DNA from: Octopus vulgaris
Taxonomy: Eukaryota
Assembly (NCBI GenBank): GCA_951406725.2
Contig: OX597819.1
Location: 127,844,001-127,908,000, forward strand
Direction: 5' to 3'
DNA length: 64,000 nucleotides
Shown here: in pieces, positions 26,749 to 44,060 of the stretch
Position numbering within the stretch: position 1 is the first letter of the stretch
Layout: every line of letters starts with the position of its first letter
Made by a program: the position numbers and the translations under genes
The notes under the pieces: model-generated
The model's database searches: none
What the model saw: the letters and a program-made list of their open reading frames with translations, nothing else
What the model was told of the DNA's origin: nothing

Positions 26749-27554
26749 GAACTGAGATTGGCAGCTCAGTTATACGTGACAGAATCAGTAAAGGGCATAA
26801 AAAAAGAAACATATTGTAAAGCGATGCCTATAGTTGATACTGGTAATCAGAAAACAAATATGGCTTTCTTTGCACAGCCAAAGTCATTTAGAATAAAAAG
26901 AAAAAGGAACGGTTTGTAGCCGGACATAAAATAATATTTTCTTAAATTTAATATCGCGATAATTCGATAGATTGCGCACAAGAGTACTTTTTGTGTATGC
27001 GTGTATGTGTATGCCTGTGTGTGTGTGTGTATGCTTATATATATGTACGTGTGTGTGTGGGAGAGGGGAAGAGAGAGAGAGAATGAGAGAAAGAAAGAAA
27101 AAAAAAAGAAAGAAAGAAAGAAAGGCAGGAAGGAAGGAAGGAAGGAAGGAAGGAAGACAGGCAGAATTTACACCTAACAAAGAGCATATAGTTACACATA
27201 TAGCCATCATTTGAATATGAGCAAAATACTTAGCCAGAAATAATAAGCATTTCAATCTTTCTTCGTTTCTGCCTCTGTCACTTTTTCCCTCTGTCGCTCA
27301 ATATATATATATATATATATATTGGATCATATTACAGCAGTAATTTTATTCAGCTGAATACACGTCATTGATTGGTTGAAATTACCAAAACACGACAACT
27401 TTAACACGAAATAACTTCGTAAATATAAACTTTTCTCAAAAACGCTAACAGTAAAAGATGTTTTATATGACACATTCTACCAGTATACGAAGTTTGTAAG
27501 TGTTTAGTTACAAAAAATTATTTTCTAAATCCACCGGTAAAAATCCAACTTTTT

Positions 27555-28180
27555 TCATAGAGAACCCATTTCTTATCACCAGTCACTATTCGGTCCAAAA
27601 CTAGGTTCATTCGGGAGACGTGGCAACAAAGAAGAACCTCACATTTACTCTCTGTGATCGATTAGACTCGGATGTTTTGTGAGGAACACATTGACCCAAT
27701 TTGCTGTCGATGAGTGGTGAACGGCCAAATCCAAGCTTCTCTGCTGGTTCCTCAACAGTTACGATGGGATTTCGTTACACCAGAGTTTGCAGGACGTCCT
27801 CGTCGAGCTCTAGAGATCTTCCAAGACGAGGCTCATCTTCTATGCTGTAGTCTCCGGCTCTGAAGTTCTGGAACCACTGGCTTTCGTTTATTGTCCGATC
27901 CCTATATACTGCACTTTCCTTGCACTTTACGTTGCGCTGTTGCCTTTATTGAACTCATAAAACAAAATATGCTGAATATGCTCTTTTGTCACTTCCATTA
28001 TAGCTTTGAAAGAATAGCTGTTAAAATCGAACTGCACTCTCTAAAATTTTCACTAAGAATAAGGACAAGATAAAATTACTACCTGCTTTTATAGCAAGTT
28101 GATGCGGGTAGTTTATTCCGTCTCCCTCCGACTTGGTTCATGAAATTGAAAAAACCGCATTATTTGTGGGGTGACCCAAT
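27555..28180 (-). mobile_element. 3'-truncated mariner element (Hsmar1/SETMAR-like transposase remnant 27555-27998; one TIR)
   Basis: MEVTKEHIQHILFYEFNKGNSA..WFQNFRAGDYSIEDEPRLGR..SKLGQCVPHK..LDRIVTGDKKWVLY; TIR attgggtcaccccacaaataatgcgg at ~28155-28180. Confidence 0.88.
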
Positions 28181-28204
28181 GTTTATGCTTACGTACACAC
28201 ACAT

Positions 28205-28239
28205 ATATGTATATTTGTATATGTATGTATGTATGTATG

Positions 28240-28273
<34 letters not shown>

Positions 28274-28760
28274 TGTATGTATGTATGTATGTATGTATGT
28301 ATGTTTGTATGTATGTATGTTTGTATGTATGTATGTTTGTATGTATGTATGTATGTATGTTTGTATGTTTGAATGTATGTATGTATGTATGTATGTATGT
28401 TTGTATGTATGTATGTATGTATGTATGTTTGTATGTATGTATGTATGTATGTATGTTTGTATGTATGCATATGTATGTGTGTATGTATGTATGTATGTAT
28501 GTATGTATGTATGTATGTATGTATGTATGTATGTTTGTATGTTTGAATGTATGTATGTATGTATGTATGTTTGTATGTTTGAATGTATGTATGTATGTTT
28601 GTATGTATGTATGTATGTATGTATGTTTGTATGTTTGAATGTATGTATGTATGTATGTATGTATGTTTTTATGTATGTATGTATGTATGTATGTATGTAT
28701 GTATGTATGTATGTATGTATGTATGTATGTATGTATGTATGTATGTATGTATGTATGTAT
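28205..28760. repeat. ~555-bp (TATG)n array with TTTG/AATG variants
   Basis: Seen directly. Confidence 0.95.
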
Positions 28761-29749
28761 CAGAATCTGTTTAGCGTCAGACAAAATAGTTTTGTAGGTT
28801 TTCTGAAGTCAGCATCTCGTCCAAATATATTTAAGTTTTTGACCCGTTCGAGATCGATGGAAATTGAGGCAATAAAATCGATTAAAACTTATATCCTATT
28901 CCACGGGAAGGTGCTCTGCATTTCCATTCTCTCATAACTGAAATCAGTAAAAGAATTGGAAGGAAATGTTTAATGTATCATATCAAGAGGGACTTACAGA
29001 GATGTGCAAAACTTATGTGTCTAGACTAGGGTTTCAGACGATTTAAGTACATATACAGTCGTATATGTCCTTAAAGAAACGTATATGTATTGTGATTGTA
29101 GATTTTCTTACGGTCACTCAAATGCCGTCCGCATTTCTGACGAACTGTCTCTTACTATATTCAGAACAAATATAAGAAAGGTACTTGTTCGCATGGCACC
29201 AGTTTCCGGAAAGTCTACGGTGTTTCCGGATCCTAAAACCTGCTCATTAGCCATTGGTGAACGTCAAGGTGTGGCAGAAGACACTTGCTAGTTGTGACAG
29301 GTGCGCAATGGAATCGATCTCTAATCCGCATGGTTGCATAGCAAACTTTTTAAGCGGGCACTGGTTGTTATTTTTTGCTTCCGTTGTCGCTGTTGCTGAC
29401 GTTTTTCTTGTTGTTGTTGCTTCTATTGATGCTGTTGTTTTCTTTAAGCTGTAGTTAACGCCAAACCAGAATATCTATAGTCCACGATATTTTGGCCTTA
29501 GTCGTCCCGGTTCATATTCAGACAATTTAAACAAAATCCACTGTATCAATGGTAAAAATTTAGAATTATGAATTAGAAAAACATGTTTCAAAGTTTCAAT
29601 GTTGACAAGTTTAAATGTTTATAACAGTCAATGATATAAAAACTGTGCATCAACTTGTTTAAATGTACCAAGTTCATTAATGTTAGTAGTGATCGACAAG
29701 AAATAAATATCATCAATATTTCAGGCATACTGAGTTTCGAAGAAGAAAA

Positions 29750-30455
29750 ACAAGGGGAAAATGAAGATAGTAAAAAAAAGGGATTTGGTTTACATTTCTC
29801 TGATTATTGTTCCGTCGTGTGGAGGAACTTTCGCTTGTAACGGTGTGTTTTGGAATCCGGTATATTTATAATTTTTTTTTCCGCGAGCGGATCTGATTTT
29901 TGATTCGATGAAGTACTGGTGGCGTCTTGCTTTTCCGGTGGTCAAGTTTGTCGTTCTGCCTGGTTGGCTTCCCTGTGGGGAACGGTCATCAGCCGTTCTG
30001 GTTGGTCGAATCTCTTAAAGGTTCATTTTGTTGTATTTGTTGAAGTTCCGTTTTGATCGGAGGTAAAATTTTGATTGGTCTAGAGTTAGGTGACGTCATC
30101 AATTGGTGTTTGTATGATGTTATTGTCTGATGATTTGGAGTTGCTGTTTCGAAAACTGGGTGGAAAACTGTTACCAAAGTTTTTCAAACTGTCTGTTGGT
30201 CCCGATTGTCTTTTTTGTTGTGGAGAAATTGAATTTTTGTCCCCTTTTCTCTTTAGCGTTTTTTCTTCATTCTAAAGGATATTCAGCTGTAGATTATATT
30301 TTTTTAATGTGTATACTTTCCTTGTTTAAACGGAATTTGGTTGAGCTCTTTCCGGTGCCTTGACAGAGAAGGAAGATTTGGTATTTCGGGTTTATCTTTA
30401 TGTGGCATTGGTCTTGGTGTTAGCTTACGGGAGTGGATTCCTGGATTTGTTGCCT
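29750..30455 (-). mobile_element. Penelope-like element 3' end (C-terminus of the GIY-YIG region plus probable UTR)
   Basis: Minus strand INPKYQIFLLC...TKFRLNKESIHIKK...QLNIL resembles the PLE KExxxIxxxxPxLN terminus; the UTR boundary is a guess. Confidence 0.55.
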
Positions 30456-30624
30456 GTGCAAAGTTTGTCTATCCCTCAAGGTTAAACTAGGTTGACCTAT
30501 GTAGTCTCCACCACAACCTCCACTTTTGAGAACATAGGTTAAGTTCTTCGAAGAACAGGTGAAATGATTTTTTATGTTAAGTTTGACCTCACAAATTTGT
30601 ATTTTGAGCCCGCTAAGAGGAACT

Positions 30625-30851
30625 TGCTTCAGTCATATGACTGCAGCCATTCTGGAACACCGCCTTCTTTAGTTCAAGAAATCGACTCAAGAACGTATTC
30701 CTTGTAAGTACTTATTCTATCGGGCTCTTCTTGCCGAACCGCTAAGTTACGAGGACGTAGACACACCAACATCAGTTGTCAAGCGATGGCAAGGGAGCAA
30801 CTGAAGGCAGACAAACTTATACTTACATACATACATATATACACACATTCA

Positions 30852-30897
<46 letters not shown>

Positions 30898-30946
30898 CAT
30901 ACATACATACATACATACGTATATATGCATACATATATTATATATA

Positions 30947-31011
<65 letters not shown>

Positions 31012-31106
31012 TCGGCCCGAGGCTATAGCAGAAGACACTTGCCCAAGGTGCCACGCAGTGGGACTGAACCCGGAACTATGTGGTTGGGGAGCAAGCATCT
31101 CACCAC
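30625..31106 (-). mobile_element. SINE family B with expanded internal microsatellite
   Basis: 3' half at 30625-30790 and 5' half at 31008-31106. Confidence 0.8.
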
Positions 31107-31131
31107 ATATATATATGCAGCTATATATGTA

Positions 31132-31173
<42 letters not shown>

Positions 31174-31595
31174 CGTGTGCTTGTGTTTGTGGGTGGGTGC
31201 ATAGAAGTGTTTATTCTTTCACGGTAAATAGTCCAGAGAGAAGCACCCGAATCTACCAACATTTGATTCTGCATATCGCATAAACGAACGTACAGAGGTG
31301 GAGAGAGAAAGAATGGGAACGCTTCTGCGAACAGGCGCAAGCACAAGAAAGCTTTCCAAAGATATGTTCTATGTGCACACATACTGAAGTATGCTATTAA
31401 CATACTGATATGGATATAGTTACAACAATTAAATTATAGCTAATGAACATAATTATTCTATTTGTATGTAACCTTGTGTGTGTTCGTAAGAGCAATGTTT
31501 ATATGTATAAACTATAATAAAAAATACTGCAGAGACGTAAAGAGAGTGTTGAGATTTACTTCCAATCGAAACAGACATCTCTATTAATTAGTACC

Positions 31596-31641
<46 letters not shown>

Positions 31642-31678
31642 TATATGCATTTATGTATGTATACATATATATATATAT

Positions 31679-31825
31679 ATTTCTTTATTGCCCACAGGGA
31701 GCTACACAAAGGGTTTACGTCGATTACATCGACCCAAGTGTGTAACTGGTACTTATTTGATCGACCCCGAAAGGATGAAAGGCAAAGTCGACCTCGGCGG
31801 AGTTTGAACTCAGAACGTTACGAGG
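31679..31825 (-). mobile_element. SINE family A, partial
   Basis: tcgaccccgaaaggatgaaaggcaaagtcgacctcggcgg. Confidence 0.8.
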
Positions 31826-31932
31826 ACGTGGAACAAGTATAGTATTATACTACATATATACATACATACATACATGTGTGCTTGGGTGTGCACACATGTA
31901 TGTGTGCATGTAAGTGAATGTGTTATATATAC

Positions 31933-32005
<73 letters not shown>

Positions 32006-32085
32006 TAACTGTCTCTAAGAGAACGCGCGCGTTCGTATATATATATATATATTACATATATATATATACATATATATATACGTAG

Positions 32086-32132
<47 letters not shown>

Positions 32133-32479
32133 CATACACACACACATATACGTAAATTTATAAATATATGCGTGTGTGCGTGTGTGTATATGTGCATATG
32201 TCGGCTACAGGCTACGCGCATATGTGTATTTCTGCTAGAGTCTGTTTGTGAGTATGTGTCTATGTGTGTGGTATGTATAATATTGGCCCATGCAACTGCA
32301 TCTGCGTATGCAGACATACATATATATATGTGAGTTTATAAAGCCAGATCCTACAAGTCTACGTAGACAGCATTTAGCCATTACAATATTCATAACTTCA
32401 CTTACGTGCGTTTAAGTTGTAGATGTGTAAAGATATCTATCTATCTATCTATATACACACGTACGTGCATTTGTGTGAA

Positions 32480-35250
<2,771 letters not shown>

Positions 35251-35267
35251 TTTTGTATTTTTATTTT

Positions 35268-35704
35268 CTTACATGTTTCAGTCATTTGAATGCGGCCAAG
35301 CTTGAGCAACGTGTTAAACGGTTTTTAGCCGGAGAAATCGACTCCAGGACCTAATCTTCATAAGCGTAGTACTTATTCTATCGGCCTCTTTTGCTGAAAT
35401 GCTAAGTTACGGGGCATAAACACGCCATCATCGGTTGTCAACCGATGGTTGGGAGGTGGGAACAAATGCAGATAGAAAGGCACATACACACATACACACA
35501 CACTCACACACACACACGCACACACGCACACACGCACGTAAGTATGTACATAAGTATATGACGAGCTTCTTTCAGTTTCCGTCTAACAAATCCACTCTGA
35601 TGGATTTGGTCAGCCCAGGGTATAGTAGGAGACACTTGCCCAAGGTAGCACAAAGTGGAACTGAACCCGAAACCATGTGGTTGGAAGCAAGCCTCTTACC
35701 ACAC
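35268..35704 (-). mobile_element. SINE family B
   Basis: Collinear with 10606-11000. Confidence 0.82.
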
Positions 35705-35818
35705 GGATAATATACATCCATCCATCCATCCATACATACATACATACATACATACATACATACATACATACATACATACATACATACATACATACACACA
35801 CACACATATATATATATA

Positions 35819-35860
<42 letters not shown>

Positions 35861-35892
35861 TAAACTAATATATATATATATATATATTTATA

Positions 35893-36013
35893 TATTTTAT
35901 AGAAGGAGCTTCTACAGGACTAGAACTGTTTCATTCAAATGAAATCATCAGGAAGCCTGATGATTTCATTTGAATGAAACAGTTCTAGTCCTGTAAACTC
36001 CTTCTATAAAATA
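35893..36013. repeat. Near-perfect 120-bp palindrome made of two back-to-back hammerhead copies
   Basis: tattttatagaaggag...gaaatcatcagg aag cctgatgatttc...ctccttctataaaata. Confidence 0.92.
35909..35955 (-). ncRNA. Complete type I hammerhead ribozyme
   Basis: Minus strand: CTTC-CTGATGA-tttcatttgaat-GAA-ACAG ttctagtc CTGT-A|GAAG. The plus-strand twin at 35957-35995 lacks stem I. Confidence 0.75.
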
Positions 36014-36091
36014 AATTAATTTACTCTGCTATGTATTGAGTACCTTATTTACTGTGGTTAACCCCGACTCAACCCGGGACCTACATATATA

Positions 36092-36174
<83 letters not shown>

Positions 36175-36882
36175 TAGTTTACTTTATTCATGTTTTTATT
36201 TATAACTTTTATGTAACCTAACATTAAGTTAATATTCTCATAAGTCTTTTAACTATTTCTATATTCATACTAAATAATAGATTACGTGAATGTATTCCAC
36301 CTTAATTAAATATTAGTAACTATACACACTTGAATTAAATTCTACATACTAATCTTATAAGAATAGCCATAATAGCAGAATATGACACTTTTACCAATTG
36401 TAACTACTTGAGCTTTCTTATACTTGTAACTCAAGACGAATATATTGTTTTGCTTCCATTATACACAACCTTACTCTCCTTCTAAGGTCTCTACCATTTT
36501 ATACTACGTTCTTAACGCATAAAGTTTTATCAATTAACGGTTCGCAGAGTTTTACTCAATATACAGGTATTGAACACTTATTTTGTATATCTTTATCTAA
36601 CCCTGAAGAGATACAACTTTCAAATAATTTGAAATTTAATTAATTAACCTTCTGAGAGTCTGAATTTTCTAATTTTATTATTATAATAAATATATATGTA
36701 TATAAACCACGGTTTATATAGTTACCTTTCAGTTGAGTATTAAATACAATGTTCAGTATTCTCTGTATAGGTAATTAACCAATGCTTTCATAGGGTTTAC
36801 CTATCCCTGACTGAGGTTTGTAACCTTTAATTGTGCTCATATATATATATAGTAGAAGGTTTGGAGATTATGTACAGGTATT

Positions 36883-36968
36883 ATATATTAGAAGAAATGA
36901 GGTACTCAGAAATCTTGATGGTTTTATATTAAATATAAAACCATCCACATTTCTGAATACCTCATTTC

Positions 36969-36980
<12 letters not shown>
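36883..36980. repeat. ~98-bp palindrome
   Basis: atatattagaagaaatgaggta...gatggttttatatt pairs with aatataaaaccatc...tacctcatttcttctaatatat. Confidence 0.9.
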
Positions 36981-37034
<54 letters not shown>

Positions 37035-37035
<1 letters not shown>

Positions 37036-37406
37036 TAGCAGTATCGCCCGGCGTTGCTCGGGTTTGTAAGGGAAATAACTATAAAGCATTTTTAGATAGT
37101 TATAGCCAAAAAATTGGGAAAAAATGATGGTAAATTTTTTTTTTAGTTAAAAAGGTCGATGTGCGTCCCCTAGACAGTCTGTGGTTTGTGTTTCTGATTC
37201 TCGACCCCATGTCGAATTTATCGATTTTTTTCAGAACTGGGGGAACTTTTCAAAATTTTCGCTGCGTTAGTTTTGAATTATGACATTGGGCTATGTGTGT
37301 GTCAAGTTTCATCAGAATCGGTTGAAAGCCGTGGTCAGGGTGAGGGTACAAGCAAACAGGCACACAGAAACACACACAGACAAACTGCCGTTTATATATA
37401 TATAGA
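37035..37406 (-). mobile_element. Non-autonomous Helitron (H1-type 3' end, H2-like 5' end)
   Basis: Minus strand: A|TCtatatatatataaacggc ... cccgagcaacgccggg cgatactg CTAG|T. Confidence 0.8.
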
Positions 37407-37518
37407 TATATATATAATTTCTCTCTCACTGTATATATAGACAGACAAACAAACAGAAAGACAGACATACAGACAGACAGACTGACAGACAGACAAGCAG
37501 GCAGGCAGGCAGGCAGGC

Positions 37519-37589
<71 letters not shown>

Positions 37590-38787
37590 CAGGCATATAT
37601 AAATGTATGTATATATGTATATGTTTGTATATACCGATACGTGTTTTATATTATCCATTTACATAGATATATGTGATGTGTTTAATTGTAAACACATATA
37701 TATGTGTGTGTGTGAGTATGTGTGTGTTTCTGTACGTACAAAATGTTCATACTTACATACATACATACCTGCACACTTACATGCATATATACTTTGTGGT
37801 GACCTTATGGTTTTACATGTACGAATCTTATAACAGAATTAACGCTTGATGTTCCAGAATATATGTGATGCACATATAGATATATATTCATATACATACA
37901 TAAATACATACAAATATACACGCACTCACACACACATGCATACACACGCATGCACACATGTACACACACATATGCATTCATATACATACATACCGTATAA
38001 TCCACGTGTGTGTATGTATGTATGTATGTATATATGTATGTATGTGTGTGTGTGTGTGTATGTATGTGTGTGTGTGTGTATGTATGTATACATGTATGTA
38101 TGTTTGTATGTATGTATGTATGTATGTATGTATGTATGTATCTATGTATGTAGGCAGTGTGCGCCACAGGTTTAACCGGCCATATTTTCCATTCTGGATC
38201 ACGTTCTTTGTAGATTTATTAGCTGCAAATCACAGACAAAGAAAGCAAGACGTGCTGCCGCCGCGCAATGGAAGGTTTTGGGCTTTGAAAATCTACGAAT
38301 ATCTAAATGTTGATTGGAATATAACTAATAATCAAATAGCAAAGTTTTCGGTTTTATAATTCGTAATAAAACAATGATCGTATAATAGGCTACTAACCCT
38401 ATAAATATCAAAGATTCAATGCATAGAAATGTTGCTACCGCTTTACCTCTCTCAAGAACTTTGATAAAGATCAGCCAACCTAAGTACCCGTCTCTAAGCT
38501 GCTGTTTGATCTGGTAGAAATAGCAGCCAAGTTTCCTCAAATCACATAGTAACTATCTTTAAAACGGAAGTAAGCGGTATACAGTTATAAAATAGTTTAG
38601 TGATAGATTTGACTCATCGTTGCATTAATAATACAATCTCGTAGCTTGAGTGCCCTTTGCACAGCCTTCTCATTTGCAAGCATTCGGAAAAAATCTCCGG
38701 TATTGTGTCTTTTCCCTTAGTCTCACACTGGACTAGGAGGCCCTGTATAGATTCTTTGTCACTGCCGTCTTTTCTGACTAAAAAATA

Positions 38788-39133
38788 CATGGTTCCGGGT
38801 TCAGTCCCACTGCGTGGCACCTTGGACAAATGTCTTCTACTATAGCCTCAGGCCGACCAAAGCCCTGTGAGTGGATTTGGTAGATGGAAACTGAAAGAAG
38901 CCCGTCGTATATATGTATTTATATATATGTATGTGTGTGTCTGTGTTTGTCCCCCTAGCATTGCTTGACAACCGATGCTGGTGTGTTTATGTCCCCGTTA
39001 CTTAGCGGTTCGGCAAAAGAGAACGATAGAATAAGTACTAGGCTTACAAAAGAATAAGTCCCGGGGTCGAGTTGCTCGATTAAAGGCGGTGCTCCAGCAT
39101 GGCCGCAGTCAAATGACTGAAACAAGTAAAAGA
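38788..39133 (+). mobile_element. SINE family B, 5'-clipped
   Basis: catggttccgggttcagtcccactgcgtggcacc...tgactgaaacaagtaaaagag. Confidence 0.85.
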
Positions 39134-39580
39134 GAATAAAATAGAATATATAAAGTGGATGTTTGTAGTTTATAATTCACCTGTAGTTATAGGTAACAAC
39201 ATTCTCTACACTTTCTTGTATCTACTGACAAGAATGTCCTTTCTTTCTTTCTTTTTTTTTTGCGGGTTGGGAATTTAATGGTTCACTTGTCTACACATGG
39301 ATACACAGGTACATTGGTAGACGCATGCAGACACACCTGTATGTAAATCTGTGTATACACTTACACACAGCTATATACATATACATGTATACATATGTGT
39401 GTATACACACACACATATAATGTATATTCTTTTATCCTTTATTCTTTTACTTGTTTCAGTCATTTGACTGCGGCCATGCTGGAACACCGCTTAATCATAC
39501 ATATATCGTATATATATATATACATACATATATATGTGTGTGTATATGCGTATGTGTATGGTGTATGTGTATATATAGAG

Positions 39581-39655
<75 letters not shown>

Positions 39656-39702
39656 CAAACATGCACTGCTTATATATAACGTTACATATATATATGCGTG
39701 GA

Positions 39703-39765
<63 letters not shown>

Positions 39766-40315
39766 TTATACATGTACTCTATGCATATATGTATGCACGT
39801 TACAGTCCGCACACATTTTTCATGTATACGTTTGTACGTGTGTATGTGTATATGTGCATGTCTGCATGCCTGCATGAACGAAAGTGACGTGCCAAGTGTT
39901 TTGGCTATCAGGATACCAGCCTAGTTGCTTGGTCAAGCAATCAGTTTTTCAGTTAGATACTGGAAAATTTTTAGTTTCGTTTGTAACGTGAGCCTGTACC
40001 AAAATTGAGAAGACTTAAGAGAGACCTGTCACCACACATCAACGCCAAACAGCACCACCACCACCACCACCAGCACCGCCGCCGCCGCCGCTGCCAACAC
40101 AATATCCCACACTGCCTTGACTTCCGGCTGTGGAATGGTCCTGTCTAAATGTCCTTTGTCTTCATGAATATTAGCTGAAAGGACATCCTTTCATCTCAGT
40201 GTTTATAAGTGCAATTTCATGTTAAACTACGACAACAGCAGCTAACAAAAGCAGCAGTAGCCTCAGCAGCAGCCTCCACATCATCATCATCATCATCAAC
40301 ATCAACAATAATAGT

Positions 40316-40360
<45 letters not shown>

Positions 40361-40716
40361 CGTTGCCGAGTTATAAGAATTTATCAGCCTTTAGTAATGG
40401 TGAACGTACGTGTAGATATGGCGGCGAATCGCAACTATCTTTATAGGTGCTTTGATAAATACTTATGACTTATGTATATATATGCACGCAGGAACACAAG
40501 TAGTTTTGATACATAGCTATGCAAATCATAACCGTCCATGCATGCACGCTAGCATGCATCATTCCAACCATCTAACCATCAAGCCATCAAACCATCCATT
40601 CATATCTCATTCGATCAACTTTCACTCTCTTTTTTTTTTCTCTTCCCTATCTCTCTCCCTCTTTATCTCAAGTATATATGTGCATGTGTGTGTGTTCGTG
40701 TGTGTGTGTGCGCGAG

Positions 40717-40777
<61 letters not shown>

Positions 40778-40796
40778 CATGTGTGTGTGTGTATAC

Positions 40797-40829
<33 letters not shown>

Positions 40830-41571
40830 CGTACATATAAATACACACACATTATATATACGTATATATGTGTGTGTTTATTTATATCCATATATATATG
40901 CACATAGACATATGTATGCATATATATATATATGTGTGTGTGTATACATATTATACATTATATATTACATATTATATACTATATATTTAAATAATATACA
41001 TACATATATACATATATACATACATAAATAACTGTATATATACATATATATCAGTATATATGCATACATACATAAATATTCACACACATATATCCATTTA
41101 GTTATCTATTCATCTTTCTTTCTCTCTCTCTCTCTCTCTCTCTCTGTCTTCCTTTTATTCTCTCTCTCTCTCTCCCTCTCTGTGTTTCTGTCTCTGTCTC
41201 TCTCCTTACCCATAAATCTACCAATGTAACAAAGCGAAAATTGTGACAATGATTTCAAATAAATCCAAATTTTAATACCTTTTTCAAAACGTATTTCTTA
41301 TGTAATAGTTTATCATATAATACAGTTGTATAAGAATAAACTTAACTGTAGATCGGAGAACATAGTGAGGAAGAAACAAAAAGCTGTAAAGTCTAAACAG
41401 CGTAGTTTTAAAAAAATAATTACCCTCTAAAATGTAACCGCTTTAATAACAGCGACAGCACTGGCAGGTAGGAATAACAATAACAGCCATGGTGTGAACC
41501 AGCGAGAGCTCATTTGTTCTGATAGTATTATCTATGAAATTTCCCTGAAATAATATCCTGGAATAAGTCTT

Positions 41572-41873
41572 AAGCTTGCTTTCCAACTATATGCTTCCGG
41601 GTTAAGTCCGACTGCGTGGCACTTTGAACAAGTACCTTCTAATATAGCCTCGGGTCGACAAAAAGCTTTTTGGGTGGATTTGGTAGACAGAAACTGAAAG
41701 AACCCCGTCGTATATAAATATGTATATGTGTGTATGTGAGGGTAATCACCGTTTGATAACCAGTGTTAGGCATAAAAACATAACTCCTGGGGACGATTTA
41801 TTCGACTAAGACCCTTCAATGCGGTGCTCCAGCTTGGCCACAGTCAACTCACTGAAACGAGTAAAGGAATAAA
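41572..41873 (+). mobile_element. SINE family B, degenerate
   Basis: Collinear with the copy at 38788, with deletions. Confidence 0.7.
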
Positions 41874-42773
41874 AGTGTGAAAGAATAAGTACTAATTATT
41901 ATTAGTTTATGTGTTTCGCGATTTGTCGAATTGCAATTTGACTGTATTGATGGAATGTCTTGTAATATGCCAAGAAGTATTTATTCTGGATCTTGAGAAT
42001 CTGAGTTCAAATATTGCAGAGGATGACATTGCTTTTCAGGCTTTTAAACAACCAATCCAGAGTGAGAGTTGGCGGAACTCTTAGAACGTTGAACAAAATA
42101 TTTTGCATTATCTGTTCCTACGTTTTACGCCTAGGTTGGATACACTGGTAGACGCATACGTACACACTTGTATGTAAATCTGTGTATACACTTATATTTG
42201 TTAGGAGCTCGTGTCTCCCTAACCTACAATATAGTGTCATGTGAAAAAAAAAATACCCAAAAGAAGGCAAAGGAAAATCATGTTCATTCAGTGTTAAGAA
42301 CATAACACTGATGAAAAAAAAACCCAGCAGTCGTAGATCCTTGATGCGCAGAAAAGACGATAGACCATACCTGAAAAGATATCTGAAAAATCGGATGGCC
42401 GTTGGTAGAGTGCCTAAGATCATAGTTCATTTAAGTCAGGGACACCATAGGGCTTAAGTAACAATCATAGCACCAGAAGGCATTCGGTTGAATTTCCATG
42501 TAGGATTTTGAGCGAATTCATACTACCTGAATTATACACTTTGCGCTTCAACAGCCATGGTGATCATGGGAGTAGTGACTTCTTTATTTCTGTTCCGTGC
42601 TGTACTGAACACCAGTCTGTTTTTAGACGGTTTCATTAGTATATCAGATTTTTGATGGAAATACATGATTATTCCCGCGCCCACTGTTTCTTTCTTTCTG
42701 GAGAATAGGAAGATATGAATGGTTCAGCACAGTCATTTCACGGATAGCAAAGCTGATACTGAGAGAGAGAGAA

Positions 42774-42806
<33 letters not shown>

Positions 42807-43139
42807 CAGACAGATAGTGACAGACAGACAGACACAAACAGACACAGACAGAAACAGACAGACACAGACACAGACAGACAGACGGAGTGAAGGATAAAGG
42901 AGAAAAGGCCAGAGAAGAGGGGAAGAAAAAAGAGGAGAGAAAATAAGAAACAACAGACGAAATTAAATTTCGAAGTAAGAACATGAAGAAAATATATTTG
43001 GAATTATGTAAAACAAATCGAGCGAAATAATTTCTCTAAAAAACGAAAAATAAAGTAAAATGCAATAATATAATAAATGTTTATGAAACATGTATTCTGA
43101 TCGATAAACGATAATTGTTGACACAAACATTAAATGTGT

Positions 43140-43325
43140 TATTTTTTAAAAAATACCAATTTACATCTACAATCTATCAAATTTGGGTCTTATTGTGAAC
43201 CTAATGAAAGGCTTTTCTATTTTAATAATCATTTCAATCACCCGCCATCTATATTTATGGAAATAGTTGGTAACATAAACAAGCGAATATCCTTTTTGTC
43301 ATCGGATGAAGAGGCTTTTAAAATT
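43140..43325 (+). mobile_element. Penelope-like RT thumb fragment
   Basis: YCEPNERLFYFNNHFNHPPSIFMEIVGNINKRISFLSSDEEAF matches the PLE pattern YxKPNxxxxYINxxSNHPPxI...IxKRISxLSSxExxF. Confidence 0.75.
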
Positions 43326-43820
43326 AATGAAGATGATGGTGTTACATAAGTTTCATAGTCAGTGAAATCATTCATCCATTTACACGCAGGTTTTGTAGAT
43401 ATAAAATGTATATAAATTCAAACAATAATTAATTAATGGCCTTACTGAGGTGGTAGGTTCCCACCTGCTATCTCATCAGAACTCTTAAAGTTACTGTGGT
43501 ACGTCTATTTTGCGATTTCCAACAAATATATTGGAGGATGTTAGGTTACAGGATATTAGTGTTGTGAATAAAACAGCAAGTGTCCACCTCAACCATGACA
43601 TTTCAGTAGAGACACAATATCGATAAAGAACAATTCTGATCACGTTCATTGATTTCGTATAAATCTTCCTGTGACTCTCTCCCTGACAAGTGAAGGGCTT
43701 ATCAAGTTCCATGTATATGTATATAAGGAATGGAGAGAACGAAAATTTTGTAAATGGGATGGCAGTTTTATGCTACTATGACACAACTGTCGGTAATGGA
43801 GAGACGGTATAATGATAGTG

Positions 43821-44054
43821 AAAGGCGGCGATCTGGCAGAAACGTTAGCACGCCGGGCGAAATGCTTAGCGGTATTTCGTCTACCGTTACGTTCTGAGTT
43901 CAAATTCCGCCGAGGTCGACTTTGCCTTTCATCCTTTCGGGGTCGATAAATTAAGTACCAGTTACGCACTGGGGTCGATATAATCGACTTAATCCGTTTG
44001 TCTGTCCTTGCTTGTCCCTTCTGTGTTTAGACCCTTGTGGGTAGTAAAGAAATA
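43821..44054 (+). mobile_element. SINE family A, full length (tandem copy 1)
   Basis: Complete head-to-tail copy. Confidence 0.9.
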
Positions 44055-44060
44055 ACTATT

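Noticed and set aside
28205-28760. Regular repeat array as a possible CRISPR or telomeric array
   Set aside because: It is a tetranucleotide microsatellite with no unique spacers, no cas genes and no telomere motif.
29925-29996. Minus-strand CTGATGA in a PLE 3' region
   Set aside because: No consistent GAAA / stem III / stem I arrangement could be built.
38614-38790. Complex sequence as a possible exon
   Set aside because: No recognisable protein in any frame, no supporting splice pattern, and the ORF begins in a SINE.
42370-42460. YLKNR...GTP*G as a LINE RT relic
   Set aside because: Too short and degenerate to support.
43430-43485. Minus-strand CTGATGA with a nearby hairpin
   Set aside because: No downstream GAAA core half was found.
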